Shown here in pieces: positions 29,982-39,485 of a DNA stretch of 64,000 nt. Both the position numbers and the translations under genes were made by a program. The DNA is from a virus (lineage: Duplodnaviria; Heunggongvirae; Uroviricota; Caudoviricetes), in IMG/VR virus record IMGVR_UViG_3300027797_000011; one strand, written 5' to 3'. Under the pieces are notes generated by a model. The model was not told the origin of the DNA and searched no databases. It saw nothing but the letters and a program-made list of their open reading frames with translations. The number at the start of each line of letters is the position of its first letter. The stretch's first letter is position 1.

Positions 29982-31043
29982 TTCTTTAGCCTTATCGTGC
30001 AAGGCAAACGAGGCAATATTTTTGCCTTTTGATTCGCACATAATATCGTGCGTATTGAGAAAGCTCAAAGCCCATTCGTTAACTGCTGTATTCCAGTAGA
30101 AATCAGAATGTGCTCTGAGCTTTTGTTTTTTGTATCCGGCAGTTAGTAACGTGTGATGATGGGGCATTATGTTAGTGTCATGATCCACGAGATAATCTTC
30201 CCGAGATACTGAATAATGACAAGTAGGGCGCATACTACGCCAACTGTCCAGGACACGAATAACACGACTATCTTGGTTACTGATATATTCCCCCTCACGT
30301 ATCCAGTGATGGTGAATGTCAAGCACAATAGGAACGATATCGCTAATAGTAAGGCAGTCATCTAAGCCCCAGGAGTTTTCTTCGTTTTCAATTGTGATAC
30401 AATTTCTTGCTTCGGGGGTAAGTCTTTTGTAGGCAGATCGAATACCTTCGGGACCTTGTTTACCCGAGATGTGGACGTTGATTTTAAAGTCCTGAAATGA
30501 TTTACCGTAACCCATGTACCTGGCCATATCTGCATGATATTCAAACTCCTCTATTGATCTTTCAACAATACCTGGGTTATCGCTTGCCAGCACAGTAAAC
30601 TGGCCAGGATGCATAGACAACCGAACACCGTTCTTGCGAGCCGCATCTCCCACGGTTCTAAATTCTCTTTCGAGATATGTTCTAACGTTGCTAGTCCGCC
30701 AAAACCCAGCCCAATCACGCTGAGTATATACAGGCAGTATATCGCTTGAGAGTCGTACCATTCTAAGATTTTCATCTAGTGCTCCTACACGTTCGACGAG
30801 CAACCGAGTAGACTCAATGTTACCTACCATTAAGTCCCAAAGTCTTTGCTCTGCGACTTCTTTGCTCTGTCTATTTAACCATGCAACAGTAGTGGAGCCA
30901 GTATTATATTTCTTAGCATCGTCCTTAGCGTCGATACCATTAACTTGTCCTGCGTGATCAATCCACTTGCAGGCAAAACCAATTCGTTTAGTCACTAGAT
31001 TTGTCTTTCTTTGAAAGCATAAAAGAACCGTCGCCGTTGTCAT
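29967..31043 (-). CDS. uvdE: UV-damage endonuclease (UvdE/UVDE family); true start probably internal
   Basis: TIM-barrel UVDE pattern including RLSMHPGQFTVL and NCITIENEE. 358 aa. Local GC higher than surroundings. Confidence 0.7.
   Translation of the reverse strand: MTTATVLLCFQRKTNLVTKRIGFACKWIDHAGQVNGIDAKDDAKKYNTGSTTVAWLNRQSKEVAEQRLWDLMVGNIESTRLLVERVGALDENLRMVRLSSDILPVYTQRDWAGFWRTSNVRTYLEREFRTVGDAARKNGVRLSMHPGQFTVLASDNPGIVERSIEEFEYHADMARYMGYGKSFQDFKINVHISGKQGPEGIRSAYKRLTPEARNCITIENEENSWGLDDCLTISDIVPIVLDIHHHWIREGEYISNQDSRVIRVLDSWRSMRPTCHYSVSREDYLVDHDTNIMPHHHTLLTAGYKKQKLRAHSDFYWNTAVNEWALSFLNTHDIMCESKGKNIASFALHDKAKELRLL
30003..30031 (+). terminator. rho-independent terminator for 29709..29981
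   Basis: Hairpin GGCAAA-cgaggcaatatt-TTTGCC followed by TTTTG. Confidence 0.55.
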
Positions 31044-31470
31044 CCCAGCTCAGGGTGTCACCTTCTTTCCATCCCATTTGGGCTAGCATCTCGGGAGTAA
31101 ACGGAAGGATTAATTCTCCAGTCTCTGGATCTTCTTCTACAGTAAGTAGATATTTTATTGGAGGCAGTTTAACAGAAATAACATTCATAGTACGCATAGC
31201 CCGCCATGCCTGCACATCGGTTGCCCATACTGTGATCAGACCATCATTGGGTGGAACGTCTATAATATCTTCACTTATCACACGGCTTGCCGCAGGCAGT
31301 AAATCTTCTCGTAATGTGCATGGTAATGTTCGAACTTCACCATTTACTTTTTTAAAGTCTACAATACATTCGTGTTCTGCAAGCATAGATTTAATCATTT
31401 GATAACGAGCATCAACGGGCAAGTCGCTATCGGCAAAATCTAACAAAGGAGGTGTATAATTATGTTCCAT
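30988..31470 (-). CDS. hypothetical protein (160 aa)
   Basis: ORF track. Confidence 0.5.
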   Translation of the reverse strand: MEHNYTPPLLDFADSDLPVDARYQMIKSMLAEHECIVDFKKVNGEVRTLPCTLREDLLPAASRVISEDIIDVPPNDGLITVWATDVQAWRAMRTMNVISVKLPPIKYLLTVEEDPETGELILPFTPEMLAQMGWKEGDTLSWDDNGDGSFMLSKKDKSSD

Positions 31471-31479
31471 AGTATTATT

Positions 31480-32412
31480 TTACACTATTTTTCGGAAATA
31501 GTCAATCGTTTTTTGTAATCCAGTTTCTAAATCAATTTTTGGTTCCCATTGTAAAACTTTTTTTGTTTTGTTTATATTTGGCTGTCGTTGTTTTGGATCA
31601 TCTTGCGGCAACGGCATTTGCAGTATTTGGCTCTCTGTTCCTGTAAGTTTAATAACCATCTCGGCCAAATCAAACATTGTAAACTCTCCAGGATTTCCTA
31701 AATTCAACGGACCAATCATTTCGTCATCCGTATTCATCATAGCCATCATTCCGTCAATAAGATCGTCTACATAACAGAAACTACGGGTTTGTTGACCACT
31801 TCCGTATACTGTTATGTTTTTTCCTCGCAATGCTTGTACAATAAAGTTACTTACTACACGACCATCATCAGTAGCCATACGGGGCCCGTATGTATTAAAG
31901 ATACGAACAATCTTTGCATTTACGTTATGTACTCTATAATAGTCGTAAAATAATGTTTCGGCGGCACGTTTGCCTTCATCGTAGCAACTACGTATACCAA
32001 TTGGATTTACATTCCCCCAGTACTCTTCGGGCTGTGGATGTACTTTGGGATCACCGTAAACTTCGCTGGTGCTAGCCTGTAAGATTCTAGCACCTGTTCT
32101 TTTAGCAAGGCCTAATAAATTATAGGCGCCTAAAACATTTGTTTTCATCGTATGAATAGGGTCCCACTGATATGCCTGAGGACTAGCAGGACATGCTAGG
32201 TTATAGATCTCGTCTACTTCTACATATAACGGAAAACAAATATCTTGACGAATTACTTCAAAGTTTTTATATTCGAGTAAATGTTCGATGTTTTTCTTTG
32301 CACCTGTAAAATAATTATCTACGCAAAGAACATGATGTCCTTCGGTTACCAATCTATCACATAAGTGACTACCGAGAAACCCGGCACCGCCGGTTACTAA
32401 AACTTTTTTCAT
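31480..32412 (-). CDS. UDP-glucuronate decarboxylase / UDP-xylose synthase-like NAD-dependent epimerase-dehydratase
   Basis: [21 protein letters not shown] Rossmann start, and YNLACPASP. Start taken at the internal Met (32410-32412), where an upstream 44-aa ORF ends in an ATGA overlap. Confidence 0.8.
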   Translation of the reverse strand: MKKVLVTGGAGFLGSHLCDRLVTEGHHVLCVDNYFTGAKKNIEHLLEYKNFEVIRQDICFPLYVEVDEIYNLACPASPQAYQWDPIHTMKTNVLGAYNLLGLAKRTGARILQASTSEVYGDPKVHPQPEEYWGNVNPIGIRSCYDEGKRAAETLFYDYYRVHNVNAKIVRIFNTYGPRMATDDGRVVSNFIVQALRGKNITVYGSGQQTRSFCYVDDLIDGMMAMMNTDDEMIGPLNLGNPGEFTMFDLAEMVIKLTGTESQILQMPLPQDDPKQRQPNINKTKKVLQWEPKIDLETGLQKTIDYFRKIV

Positions 32413-32543
32413 TCTTTTCCTTTTGGTGGGACAATGCCGTACTGAGAATATAACCAATTTAAAAAATGTTCAATTTCTACGTTTGGATACGGGTACGCTT
32501 TGTATGCTGTGATTACTCTTTCTAACCAATCTTTATCTATCAT
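32409..32543 (-). CDS. small ORF (44 aa) translationally coupled to the UXS gene
   Basis: By-eye translation [44 protein letters not shown]; stop overlaps the UXS ATG. Confidence 0.35.
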   Translation of the reverse strand: MIDKDWLERVITAYKAYPYPNVEIEHFLNWLYSQYGIVPPKGKE

Positions 32544-32677
32544 TTTAATTCCAATGCCTGATTACACTTGCTATAATAAAGCAGTTTGTTATTATATAGC
32601 ATAACACAATAGCAGTACGAATAAAAGCGATTCTGTCCGCTTCTACATCCGTACTGCCTGATTTTTCACCCAATGCT

Positions 32678-32899
32678 TTAGCCCAAAGCCGCCAAAGTTG
32701 TTTCATTAGCGTTCCATAGCTCAAGAGCCTTTGCAGGATAGATCTGCACAGATCCCTTTTCGGTAGAGCTCTCAACAGCATAACCTTCTGGAGTTAATTC
32801 CGTTGAGTATGTACCGACAACAGTTCCGTGCCATTGCGACCCGGATATTTTTTTAACTAAATCGCCTAATTTGAATTTCATGTACATATCTCTATTCAT
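32678..32899 (-). CDS. hypothetical protein (73 aa)
   Basis: ORF track. Confidence 0.5.
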   Translation of the reverse strand: MNRDMYMKFKLGDLVKKISGSQWHGTVVGTYSTELTPEGYAVESSTEKGSVQIYPAKALELWNANETTLAALG

Positions 32900-33348
32900 T
32901 AAGCTTCGTAAGTTGCCGAATTGGCGCCGTGTTCAGCACACTCAACTCGTACACAATGACAACGACCACCACTCTTTTCACGTATCAATTGGTCAGCAAA
33001 GTTAAAAGCATGTTCAGCAAACTTCTCTACACCAACTCCGTCAAAGATACGGATCTCTGCTAGGTCTAATGCTTCTAGTTCTCGAAACTTGGCCAGATGG
33101 GGATCTGTCTTGTCTAAGGCCATCTTGTGATCAAAGTTATCTTCTAGCCATGCTTTCAGCGGTTTGAGTCCGCCAAAATCCACCGCCCAGTTTTTATTGT
33201 CTAATGAGTCACACCCAAATGTGAATGTGAACGCTAGACTGTAACCGTGTAGCAGGTGACAATGACTGTGATCTGCATTAGGTTGACGAAATACCGCCGA
33301 CAGACCAATGTTGTGTCCGTAATGTTTTGTTGAGAAATATTTTGCCAT
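32899..33348 (-). CDS. queD: 6-pyruvoyl-tetrahydropterin synthase / QueD-like
   Basis: CHLLHGY (Cys-x3-His-x-His zinc motif) and the PTPS fold signature. 149 aa. Confidence 0.75.
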   Translation of the reverse strand: MAKYFSTKHYGHNIGLSAVFRQPNADHSHCHLLHGYSLAFTFTFGCDSLDNKNWAVDFGGLKPLKAWLEDNFDHKMALDKTDPHLAKFRELEALDLAEIRIFDGVGVEKFAEHAFNFADQLIREKSGGRCHCVRVECAEHGANSATYEA

Positions 33349-33462
33349 CTCTAGTCTCCTTTATTAAGGTAGCAAGTTTGACGACATGCAGAGTTTATAA
33401 AGCGGGATGAATGACGTGAAAAGTCCGCTGATGACTTATTATATAGACTACTATTTAACTTG

Positions 33463-33792
33463 TCAATCCCTATTGGGTAAAGTTCTTAGTATTTCTTTTC
33501 TTATATGCTTTATATCTTCAATGATATCTTGTAAGATTTCTCTATCGTTAATTTTGATAGTAATCAGTTCTTTAGTGATTCGCATAGTCCAATACCACCA
33601 TACTATAGTTAACAGCAAGCCACCTGCTCCTACTAACCATTCTAGTTTATATTGATATATTGTTGCCCAATCAAAAATGATGCCTAATACTGATACCAGT
33701 ACTATTGCGCTAAGAGCCATCCATAATTTACGTTGCTTTTCGAATTGCCTTAAAGTTTGAATTTGAGTTTGAATTTGAGTTTGATTTTCCAT
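33463..33792 (-). CDS. membrane protein (109 aa)
   Basis: Two hydrophobic helices; QIQTQIQT repeat at the N-terminus. Confidence 0.5.
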   Translation of the reverse strand: MENQTQIQTQIQTLRQFEKQRKLWMALSAIVLVSVLGIIFDWATIYQYKLEWLVGAGGLLLTIVWWYWTMRITKELITIKINDREILQDIIEDIKHIRKEILRTLPNRD

Positions 33793-33851
33793 AATGTTTC
33801 CCCCTGAGTAAATATATTTACTCTGAACACTTACGAATTTTTGTTAGTAGT

Positions 33852-34799
33852 TTATCCTACGATCTGACCAAAGGGTGCCCAAGTACCTGGCGAGCCGCCC
33901 ATGGTGCAAACCCAACCAATGTAGTTACTAATCATAGGACCGCTGTTCCAAACAATATCACCTACTTGATATGATCCAACAGTTGGTGCTCGATCTCCTA
34001 CAGCAAATAGTTTATTTTGGAATTTAATATTTCCTGATACTTCAAATTCTTCACTTGGGTTTTTAACATTAACACCTACTTTGCCATAAAGATTAATCAA
34101 TGTATTTGAATTTGATTCACGACCAAGAACAATATTTCCGTTAGTACCTACAGTTAATCGAGTTTGATTGCCAACAACAATATCAACACCTTTGTTATTG
34201 AATGTTCCAATTTTAGCTCGTCCGTCTTCATTGCCTTCTAAAATAATTTGAACATTATTAGGTTCGTCGAATACTGAAAACACAGCATCGCCGTCTTCTC
34301 TTCCGATACTAAATCTTTGTCTTGTGGAAAATACAAAATCTCCGAAGTTAACATTACCTGCTACATTTAGTTTATCGAGTGTTCCTATATTTCTTAGATT
34401 ACTCTTGGTAATAGATGCACCTAATTCGGTAGCAGTTATAACAGGTTGCCCACCAATTAGATATGCTTTTTCATTGGGTAAGTCGACATGCTCTGAAAGG
34501 AAGAAACAATCAGGGTTTGTTCTATAAACAAGTTGCTTGTTTTGTATTTTATCTTGCCATAACAACCCTGTACCGGCAAGTTGTGTACCTTCAGGTGCCG
34601 CAAAAACAAGAAACTTCTTTTCATATCTAGAATCTGATATGATTTCAGTTGTGCGTACAAGTCCTACGTCAAGCACTCCGTGTATTTTAACGTTTCCACG
34701 AAGAATAACGTGATCATCATTTAAAACGAGTACTTGTTGAGTGGTGTTATCTAAAATTCCTGTTATTTCTGACATTGTCGTATTCCGTAAGTAATGCAC
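33852..34799 (-). CDS. tail-fibre-like protein (315 aa)
   Basis: Gly/Asn/Val-rich beta composition. C-terminal NYIGWVCTMGGSPGTWAPFGQIVG is similar to the end of 21249..22115. Confidence 0.55.
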   Translation of the reverse strand: MHYLRNTTMSEITGILDNTTQQVLVLNDDHVILRGNVKIHGVLDVGLVRTTEIISDSRYEKKFLVFAAPEGTQLAGTGLLWQDKIQNKQLVYRTNPDCFFLSEHVDLPNEKAYLIGGQPVITATELGASITKSNLRNIGTLDKLNVAGNVNFGDFVFSTRQRFSIGREDGDAVFSVFDEPNNVQIILEGNEDGRAKIGTFNNKGVDIVVGNQTRLTVGTNGNIVLGRESNSNTLINLYGKVGVNVKNPSEEFEVSGNIKFQNKLFAVGDRAPTVGSYQVGDIVWNSGPMISNYIGWVCTMGGSPGTWAPFGQIVG

Positions 34800-35610
34800 C
34801 GTCTCGTATCCGAGTATGGGTGTTCCTACTATTTAGCAGGATTACGGCAAGCCTACGTCCTCGGTCCTTTATAATCATAACCAAGCAACCACCAGATTTT
34901 TGTATCCAGCCTGTCTTACTAAGGCCTATACTAGTGTCTTTAACAACCAGGGAATTTGTTGTACGGAAATCAACAAAATACGATTTCTTTCGGCCGGGAA
35001 CTTGTATTCTTTTGCTGGTTTTTGTTGAAAAATTCCTAATAATGTCAAATGCGTAAGCATAGTCTATTAACTTAGCCAGATCAATAACTGTGCTAACATT
35101 CTCTTCAAACAGTCCTGTAGGATCGACAAATCTTGTATTGTGCATACCCAATGAGTCAGCAGTAGCATTCATCGCGGCCAAGGCCGATTCTTCTCCCCCA
35201 GGATAATTTTGAGCCAGGACTTTTGCGGCAACATTGTCACTGCTCATCAAGGACAACAATAATAAATCAGATCTAGTTATTTTTGTGCCATTGGGAAGTC
35301 TAGAATGAATTCCCTTAGTTTTGTTGATGGTTAAAACTTCATCTAGCTTTTGATGGGCATTTAAAACCACTACCACAGTCATTAGTTTAGTAATAGAAGC
35401 AATGCTTCTTATTTCTTGACTGTTTTTTTCTTTAAAAACTTCCCCAGTATCGAGATCTTTAACAATATAATTTGTTGCTAAGATTCCGTTCTGGGGACGT
35501 ATTGTTGATTTTTTGTTTTGTTTTGCAAACGCAGATGTGGATAACACCGCTACAATAAGTAGAGCATTAATTGCGTTTTTTAACAATTTGATCAATAAGT
35601 CCATATTCAA
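34747..35610 (-). CDS. D-alanyl-D-alanine carboxypeptidase (PBP5/6-type serine peptidase), secreted
   Basis: Signal peptide; SxxK (SIASITK), SxN (SSDN) and KTG (LSKTGW) motifs. Confidence 0.8.
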   Translation of the reverse strand: MNMDLLIKLLKNAINALLIVAVLSTSAFAKQNKKSTIRPQNGILATNYIVKDLDTGEVFKEKNSQEIRSIASITKLMTVVVVLNAHQKLDEVLTINKTKGIHSRLPNGTKITRSDLLLLSLMSSDNVAAKVLAQNYPGGEESALAAMNATADSLGMHNTRFVDPTGLFEENVSTVIDLAKLIDYAYAFDIIRNFSTKTSKRIQVPGRKKSYFVDFRTTNSLVVKDTSIGLSKTGWIQKSGGCLVMIIKDRGRRLAVILLNSRNTHTRIRDGALLTEYDNVRNNRNFR

Positions 35611-36157
35611 GGGCCTCCGAGGCGCTCATGAATTTATCCCTTTCCATGTCCATAATTAACTGATCATATGTCTTGCCCTTGCTGTTATGATCCACATAGA
35701 TCTGAGTGAGGGTCTTTTTCATCTTTACAATTTCAGCAACTTGAATTTCCATGTCAGTAGCCTGTCCACCGGCACCGCCACTAGGTTGGTGAATCATATG
35801 ACGAGCGTTTGGTAGCATATAGCGTTTACCAGGAGCACCAGAAGTGGCAAGTAAACTTCCCATGCTACAGGCTTGTCCCATAACATAGGTACATACATTG
35901 GGTTTAACAAACTGCATTACATCGTAGATTGCCATGCCAGATGTTACTACACCACCCGGGCTATTGATATAAAAGTGAATATCTTTGTCGCAATCGGCAC
36001 TCTCTAAATGCAAAAATTGTGCAACAATAGTAGCCGCACTCTCATCGCCTACTGGGCCATTTAAGAAGATAATACGCTCATTAAGTAACCGACTGTAAAT
36101 ATCAAAGGCACGTTCGCCTGTACTGGTCTTTTCAATGACCATTGGGATTAAATTCAT
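35567..36157 (-). CDS. clpP: ATP-dependent Clp protease proteolytic subunit ClpP
   Basis: Catalytic Ser in [10 protein letters not shown] and His in HQPSGG. 196 aa. Confidence 0.9.
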   Translation of the reverse strand: MNLIPMVIEKTSTGERAFDIYSRLLNERIIFLNGPVGDESAATIVAQFLHLESADCDKDIHFYINSPGGVVTSGMAIYDVMQFVKPNVCTYVMGQACSMGSLLATSGAPGKRYMLPNARHMIHQPSGGAGGQATDMEIQVAEIVKMKKTLTQIYVDHNSKGKTYDQLIMDMERDKFMSASEALEYGLIDQIVKKRN

Positions 36158-36561
36158 ACTATTTCCTTTTTTAAATATCTTATTAATTCTTTATCTGTTG
36201 GAGTTACTGAATAGTTCTGCTTAAAGAAAATCTCATAACTATCACTACCATACTTACCAATTCCGTATAGATCGGTAGCATTATTTCCATCCCATGTTAG
36301 GTAGTCGCAACTCATACCTACCAATCGCTTATATCTAATATTGTTCATACCCAGGGGTTTGATAATGCTTTTAACAAATTCTTCATCTGCCGCAATCAAT
36401 GCGTGTGGTGTGGGAAACCAGTAGAGGAATTCCGGTAAGGTCAGTTTCACAGGTTTGCGACCAGTTTGGTTCAACATGATAACACCCACCATATGTTCCC
36501 AACTATTGGCTATCTGTTGCTGTACCATTAGGTCATCACGTAATGGCTCAAAGAATTTCAT
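36154..36561 (-). CDS. hypothetical protein (135 aa)
   Basis: ORF track. Confidence 0.5.
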   Translation of the reverse strand: MKFFEPLRDDLMVQQQIANSWEHMVGVIMLNQTGRKPVKLTLPEFLYWFPTPHALIAADEEFVKSIIKPLGMNNIRYKRLVGMSCDYLTWDGNNATDLYGIGKYGSDSYEIFFKQNYSVTPTDKELIRYLKKEIV

Positions 36562-37030
36562 TTATTAATTTTCCATGTAGCCGTGCTTCCTCACATGGCT
36601 CGCAGATAGTTTTGATCCACCCACCACCTGTACTCTTACCGGGGTTACCACATGATTCACAAGTAACACCACTCATAGCTTCGGCCATTGCAACTAGTCC
36701 GCTGATATAGTCATCTCCACCTGTATAGTAGAAACGTAGTGTACCGAATTTTTCTTTAACTTGGTCTAGCGTTACCTGCGGAATAGCATCCGGAACTGGC
36801 CGCATGTCTTCTAGCGAAGCTGTACTATTAAAAGTAATTGCCCAGCCACGCTGTTTTTCCTTCCAGTCAATGTGATGTTGGATATTTCCCATAAGCTGAT
36901 CTAAGATATTGAACCAGCCATCGCCACATTCAAAACCCCAACACATACAAGTTTCCATCATGTCCTTGTTGCGGTTAACCATCATCTTTGGATACTTCTC
37001 GCACAACAAAGAATCTAGTTCTTGTTTCAT
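36548..37030 (-). CDS. Cys-rich putative zinc-binding protein (160 aa)
   Basis: CMCWGFECGDGW and CESCGNPGKSTGGGWIKTICEPCEE clusters. Confidence 0.5.
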   Translation of the reverse strand: MKQELDSLLCEKYPKMMVNRNKDMMETCMCWGFECGDGWFNILDQLMGNIQHHIDWKEKQRGWAITFNSTASLEDMRPVPDAIPQVTLDQVKEKFGTLRFYYTGGDDYISGLVAMAEAMSGVTCESCGNPGKSTGGGWIKTICEPCEEARLHGKLINEIL

Positions 37031-37530
37031 TTATATTCCTTATCAAGTCTTGTATTTGTAAGACCTGCAACTATTTGGAAAGTGTCCCACGCTTTCTTAG
37101 CGGCTGGATTTGTAATCAGCTCACTACTTGGCAGAACTGTTTCTAGCCAAATCTCAGGACGGCGTTGCGGACGAGCTCCAAACTGGCGAGGCTGATGCAT
37201 CTTTCCAGAATCATATAGTTTAATACTGACTTCGCGGAACTTACTCTCATCTTCAACAGGATGATCAATCCATTCCGGATTACTAAACGGGCTTCCAAAT
37301 GTCTGCCCACCACCGTAACCTTCCCAAATACCAGTCCACTGGTCATCGTTGTGCGGATCAAAATCTGTACGAGTAATTAGTATTAGGACATCATCGATAT
37401 CAACCTTGCCGTCAACAATGTCTTTAATACACCGACTGTAACTAAGACCGATTTTCATTTTGTTCTTTCTTTTCCATATCGTATTGTTTAACCATTCTAT
37501 ACAACGGCTCCATCCGTTCTTGGAATACAT
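37027..37530 (-). CDS. hypothetical protein (167 aa)
   Basis: ORF track. Confidence 0.5.
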   Translation of the reverse strand: MYSKNGWSRCIEWLNNTIWKRKNKMKIGLSYSRCIKDIVDGKVDIDDVLILITRTDFDPHNDDQWTGIWEGYGGGQTFGSPFSNPEWIDHPVEDESKFREVSIKLYDSGKMHQPRQFGARPQRRPEIWLETVLPSSELITNPAAKKAWDTFQIVAGLTNTRLDKEYK

Positions 37531-37708
37531 GCGGTGCTAGTTCACTAGCCGCTTTCATATCCCAAGCACTGGGATAATGTCTCAACAAACTAAGAGCATC
37601 TTTCCTAACTTGTTTAGGCACCCTAGGATATACCGTCGAGGACTGCAAGTCTGTTAGGAATCGTATAGTTTGCACTACTGCACGATATCGTTCATCAGGC
37701 AATGTCAT
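37442..37708 (-). CDS. hypothetical protein (88 aa)
   Basis: ORF track. Confidence 0.45.
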   Translation of the reverse strand: MTLPDERYRAVVQTIRFLTDLQSSTVYPRVPKQVRKDALSLLRHYPSAWDMKAASELAPHVFQERMEPLYRMVKQYDMEKKEQNENRS

Positions 37709-37962
37709 TTTATTTTTCCTTTGGACTCGTTATCTAATGCCAGAACAAATCTAAGAGTTTTTTGATCTCCTTCGATATGTAATTCAAAATCACCTATCTC
37801 GCTAAAGTGTTCTGCCATTTCTGCCATCTGTTTAATATGAGCTCGAGTAAGATTAACCACCATGGGTTCTACTGGTTTATTACCATACTCATCTTGAATA
37901 AATTCATTTTTCATTTTTCTTTTCTTCCTTACGTTCAATAGGTGGAGGAAAGTAGGGTTCAA
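37705..37962 (-). CDS. hypothetical protein (85 aa)
   Basis: ORF track. Confidence 0.5.
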   Translation of the reverse strand: MNPTFLHLLNVRKKRKMKNEFIQDEYGNKPVEPMVVNLTRAHIKQMAEMAEHFSEIGDFELHIEGDQKTLRFVLALDNESKGKIK

Positions 37963-38036
37963 TCACATAATGATTGGCACCCCACCACCCAAAGGCAGTA
38001 AAGAAACCGTAGACTACGACTTCTAGTAAGCCCATC

Positions 38037-38837
38037 TTATTTTCCGTTGGTTTGTACTGTTGGAGTTACAACACCATTGATGACCAAGGTCTGACCTTTG
38101 AAGTTGGCAATTGCAACTGGCAGTTGACGCATGGCTTCGGCTTCGGCTTCGGCTTTGAGCAAAGGAATTGCCATTGGGTTGGCTTGCATACTTTCGTTAC
38201 GCTTTTTAGCGGTGGCTACTTTGACTTCTTCAGTCTTATATTCGTTCTTGGCTTTGACTAATTCGTTAGCACTGGCTACAACAGAGTCTGCTGGAATAAT
38301 GTTACGAATCAATACTTGACCAATAACGATAGTACCGTCCAACTTTTCTTCAGCCAAGGTGCGTACAATCTGTTCTTTGATTTCAGTTTCCATCGCCTGA
38401 CGAGCATCGCCCATTTCCAATGCTTCATACTTACGTGCGGCCTTATAGATAGCGTTACGTGCGGCATTGAAGATGTAATTGTACATCAAATAGACATCGC
38501 CATCGTGAACAGCGTGAAAGCTACGGTTCTTGGCATTGTAAATCTCAGCCACCTGTGCTTGATTGATGTTGTAGGTAACCAATGTGTCAAAGTCTTTCAT
38601 TGTGCTGTTGTCTTTGGCCAATGGAGTCATGTCTTCAACTTTGACACTAATCTCTTTGATTGGGAATGTAATAACGTTCCCAATGATAGTCTGATTAAAC
38701 GAGCCAGGTAGCAGTTCACCGGTGCTAACCTGTTTGTCAAAGCCCACACGGAGACCAACTTCTCCAGTTTCAATACGAGTACACCCTGTTGCCAGCACAG
38801 CCGCGGCAAGAACGGATAAAGTCAAAATACGTTTCAT
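38037..38837 (-). CDS. SPFH/band-7 (stomatin/prohibitin/HflC-like) lipoprotein
   Basis: Lipobox LATGC. SPFH-like core with an EAEAEAMR Ala/Glu-rich segment. 266 aa. Confidence 0.7.
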   Translation of the reverse strand: MKRILTLSVLAAAVLATGCTRIETGEVGLRVGFDKQVSTGELLPGSFNQTIIGNVITFPIKEISVKVEDMTPLAKDNSTMKDFDTLVTYNINQAQVAEIYNAKNRSFHAVHDGDVYLMYNYIFNAARNAIYKAARKYEALEMGDARQAMETEIKEQIVRTLAEEKLDGTIVIGQVLIRNIIPADSVVASANELVKAKNEYKTEEVKVATAKKRNESMQANPMAIPLLKAEAEAEAMRQLPVAIANFKGQTLVINGVVTPTVQTNGK

Positions 38838-38848
38838 GGTTTTCCTTA

Positions 38849-39022
38849 AAATAAAATTACGATCACGGTCATTACTAGAATAGCTAATAATGAAACAATT
38901 ATACTATATGCGATAGATTTTGTCAACGTCCAACGTTCCCTACCGTTGAGATTTCTCCAGGCAGTAATGCCAAAGTGAATAAGAATTGCAAGTATAGCAA
39001 AAGCTAACCAAAGTCTAATCAT
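38849..39022 (-). CDS. small double-TM membrane protein (58 aa)
   Basis: Internal ATG with AAAGGAG RBS. MIRLWLAFAILAILIHFGITAW...LLAILVMTVIVILF. Confidence 0.45.
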
Positions 39023-39485
39023 AGGAGTTCTCCTTTGTAAGTTCACACAACAATAAAAAATGATCATACGCTTTGCGTACAGATTCGTGAGCCAAGAGCT
39101 TGTCTGCTTCCACTTGCATGGCTTTGGCACCTGCTTCCGCGGCTTCTCTATAGCTACACCATTCAAGGGCATACTGATCCTTGCCAAATGCTTTGGCCAA
39201 AGCCTTCCATGCTTTCAACTGAGCAGGAGTCAATGGCTCATCACGTTTGGGAACACGCAAAGCACTGGCATCCATAATGCTTTTGCTGATAGCATCTTCG
39301 GCAATTCGAGCCGCGGCAATCATAGGAGCATACGCCGGAGTAATCTTGAACCTACGACTGCTACCTCCCGGATACACGCTTACTAAATGATCACCTTTTG
39401 GAAAACTGTCCAAGTACTTGCTGTCATATTCAGACACGGGTTTATAACTACGTCCAACCTTTTCGTAATAAATCTTTTTTGTCAT
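39015..39485 (-). CDS. hypothetical protein (156 aa)
   Basis: ORF track. Confidence 0.55.
   Translation of the reverse strand: MTKKIYYEKVGRSYKPVSEYDSKYLDSFPKGDHLVSVYPGGSSRRFKITPAYAPMIAAARIAEDAISKSIMDASALRVPKRDEPLTPAQLKAWKALAKAFGKDQYALEWCSYREAAEAGAKAMQVEADKLLAHESVRKAYDHFLLLCELTKENSYD

Noticed and set aside
29630-30016. Minus-strand 128-aa ORF overlapping the small plus-strand gene
   Set aside because: Its translation (AAGFLVAGFLAAEVAGV..., STTASTALTSSTTAFSTALTSS) is the reverse-complement echo of the VEEVKAVE/AKKPA repeats. The plus-strand ORF has RBS, promoter-like hexamers and terminator.
38052-38711. Plus-strand ORFs (62-131 aa) inside the SPFH gene
   Set aside because: They are antisense to a well-supported lipoprotein gene. 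Repetitive Gly/Phe content reflects the complement of the EAEAEA repeat.
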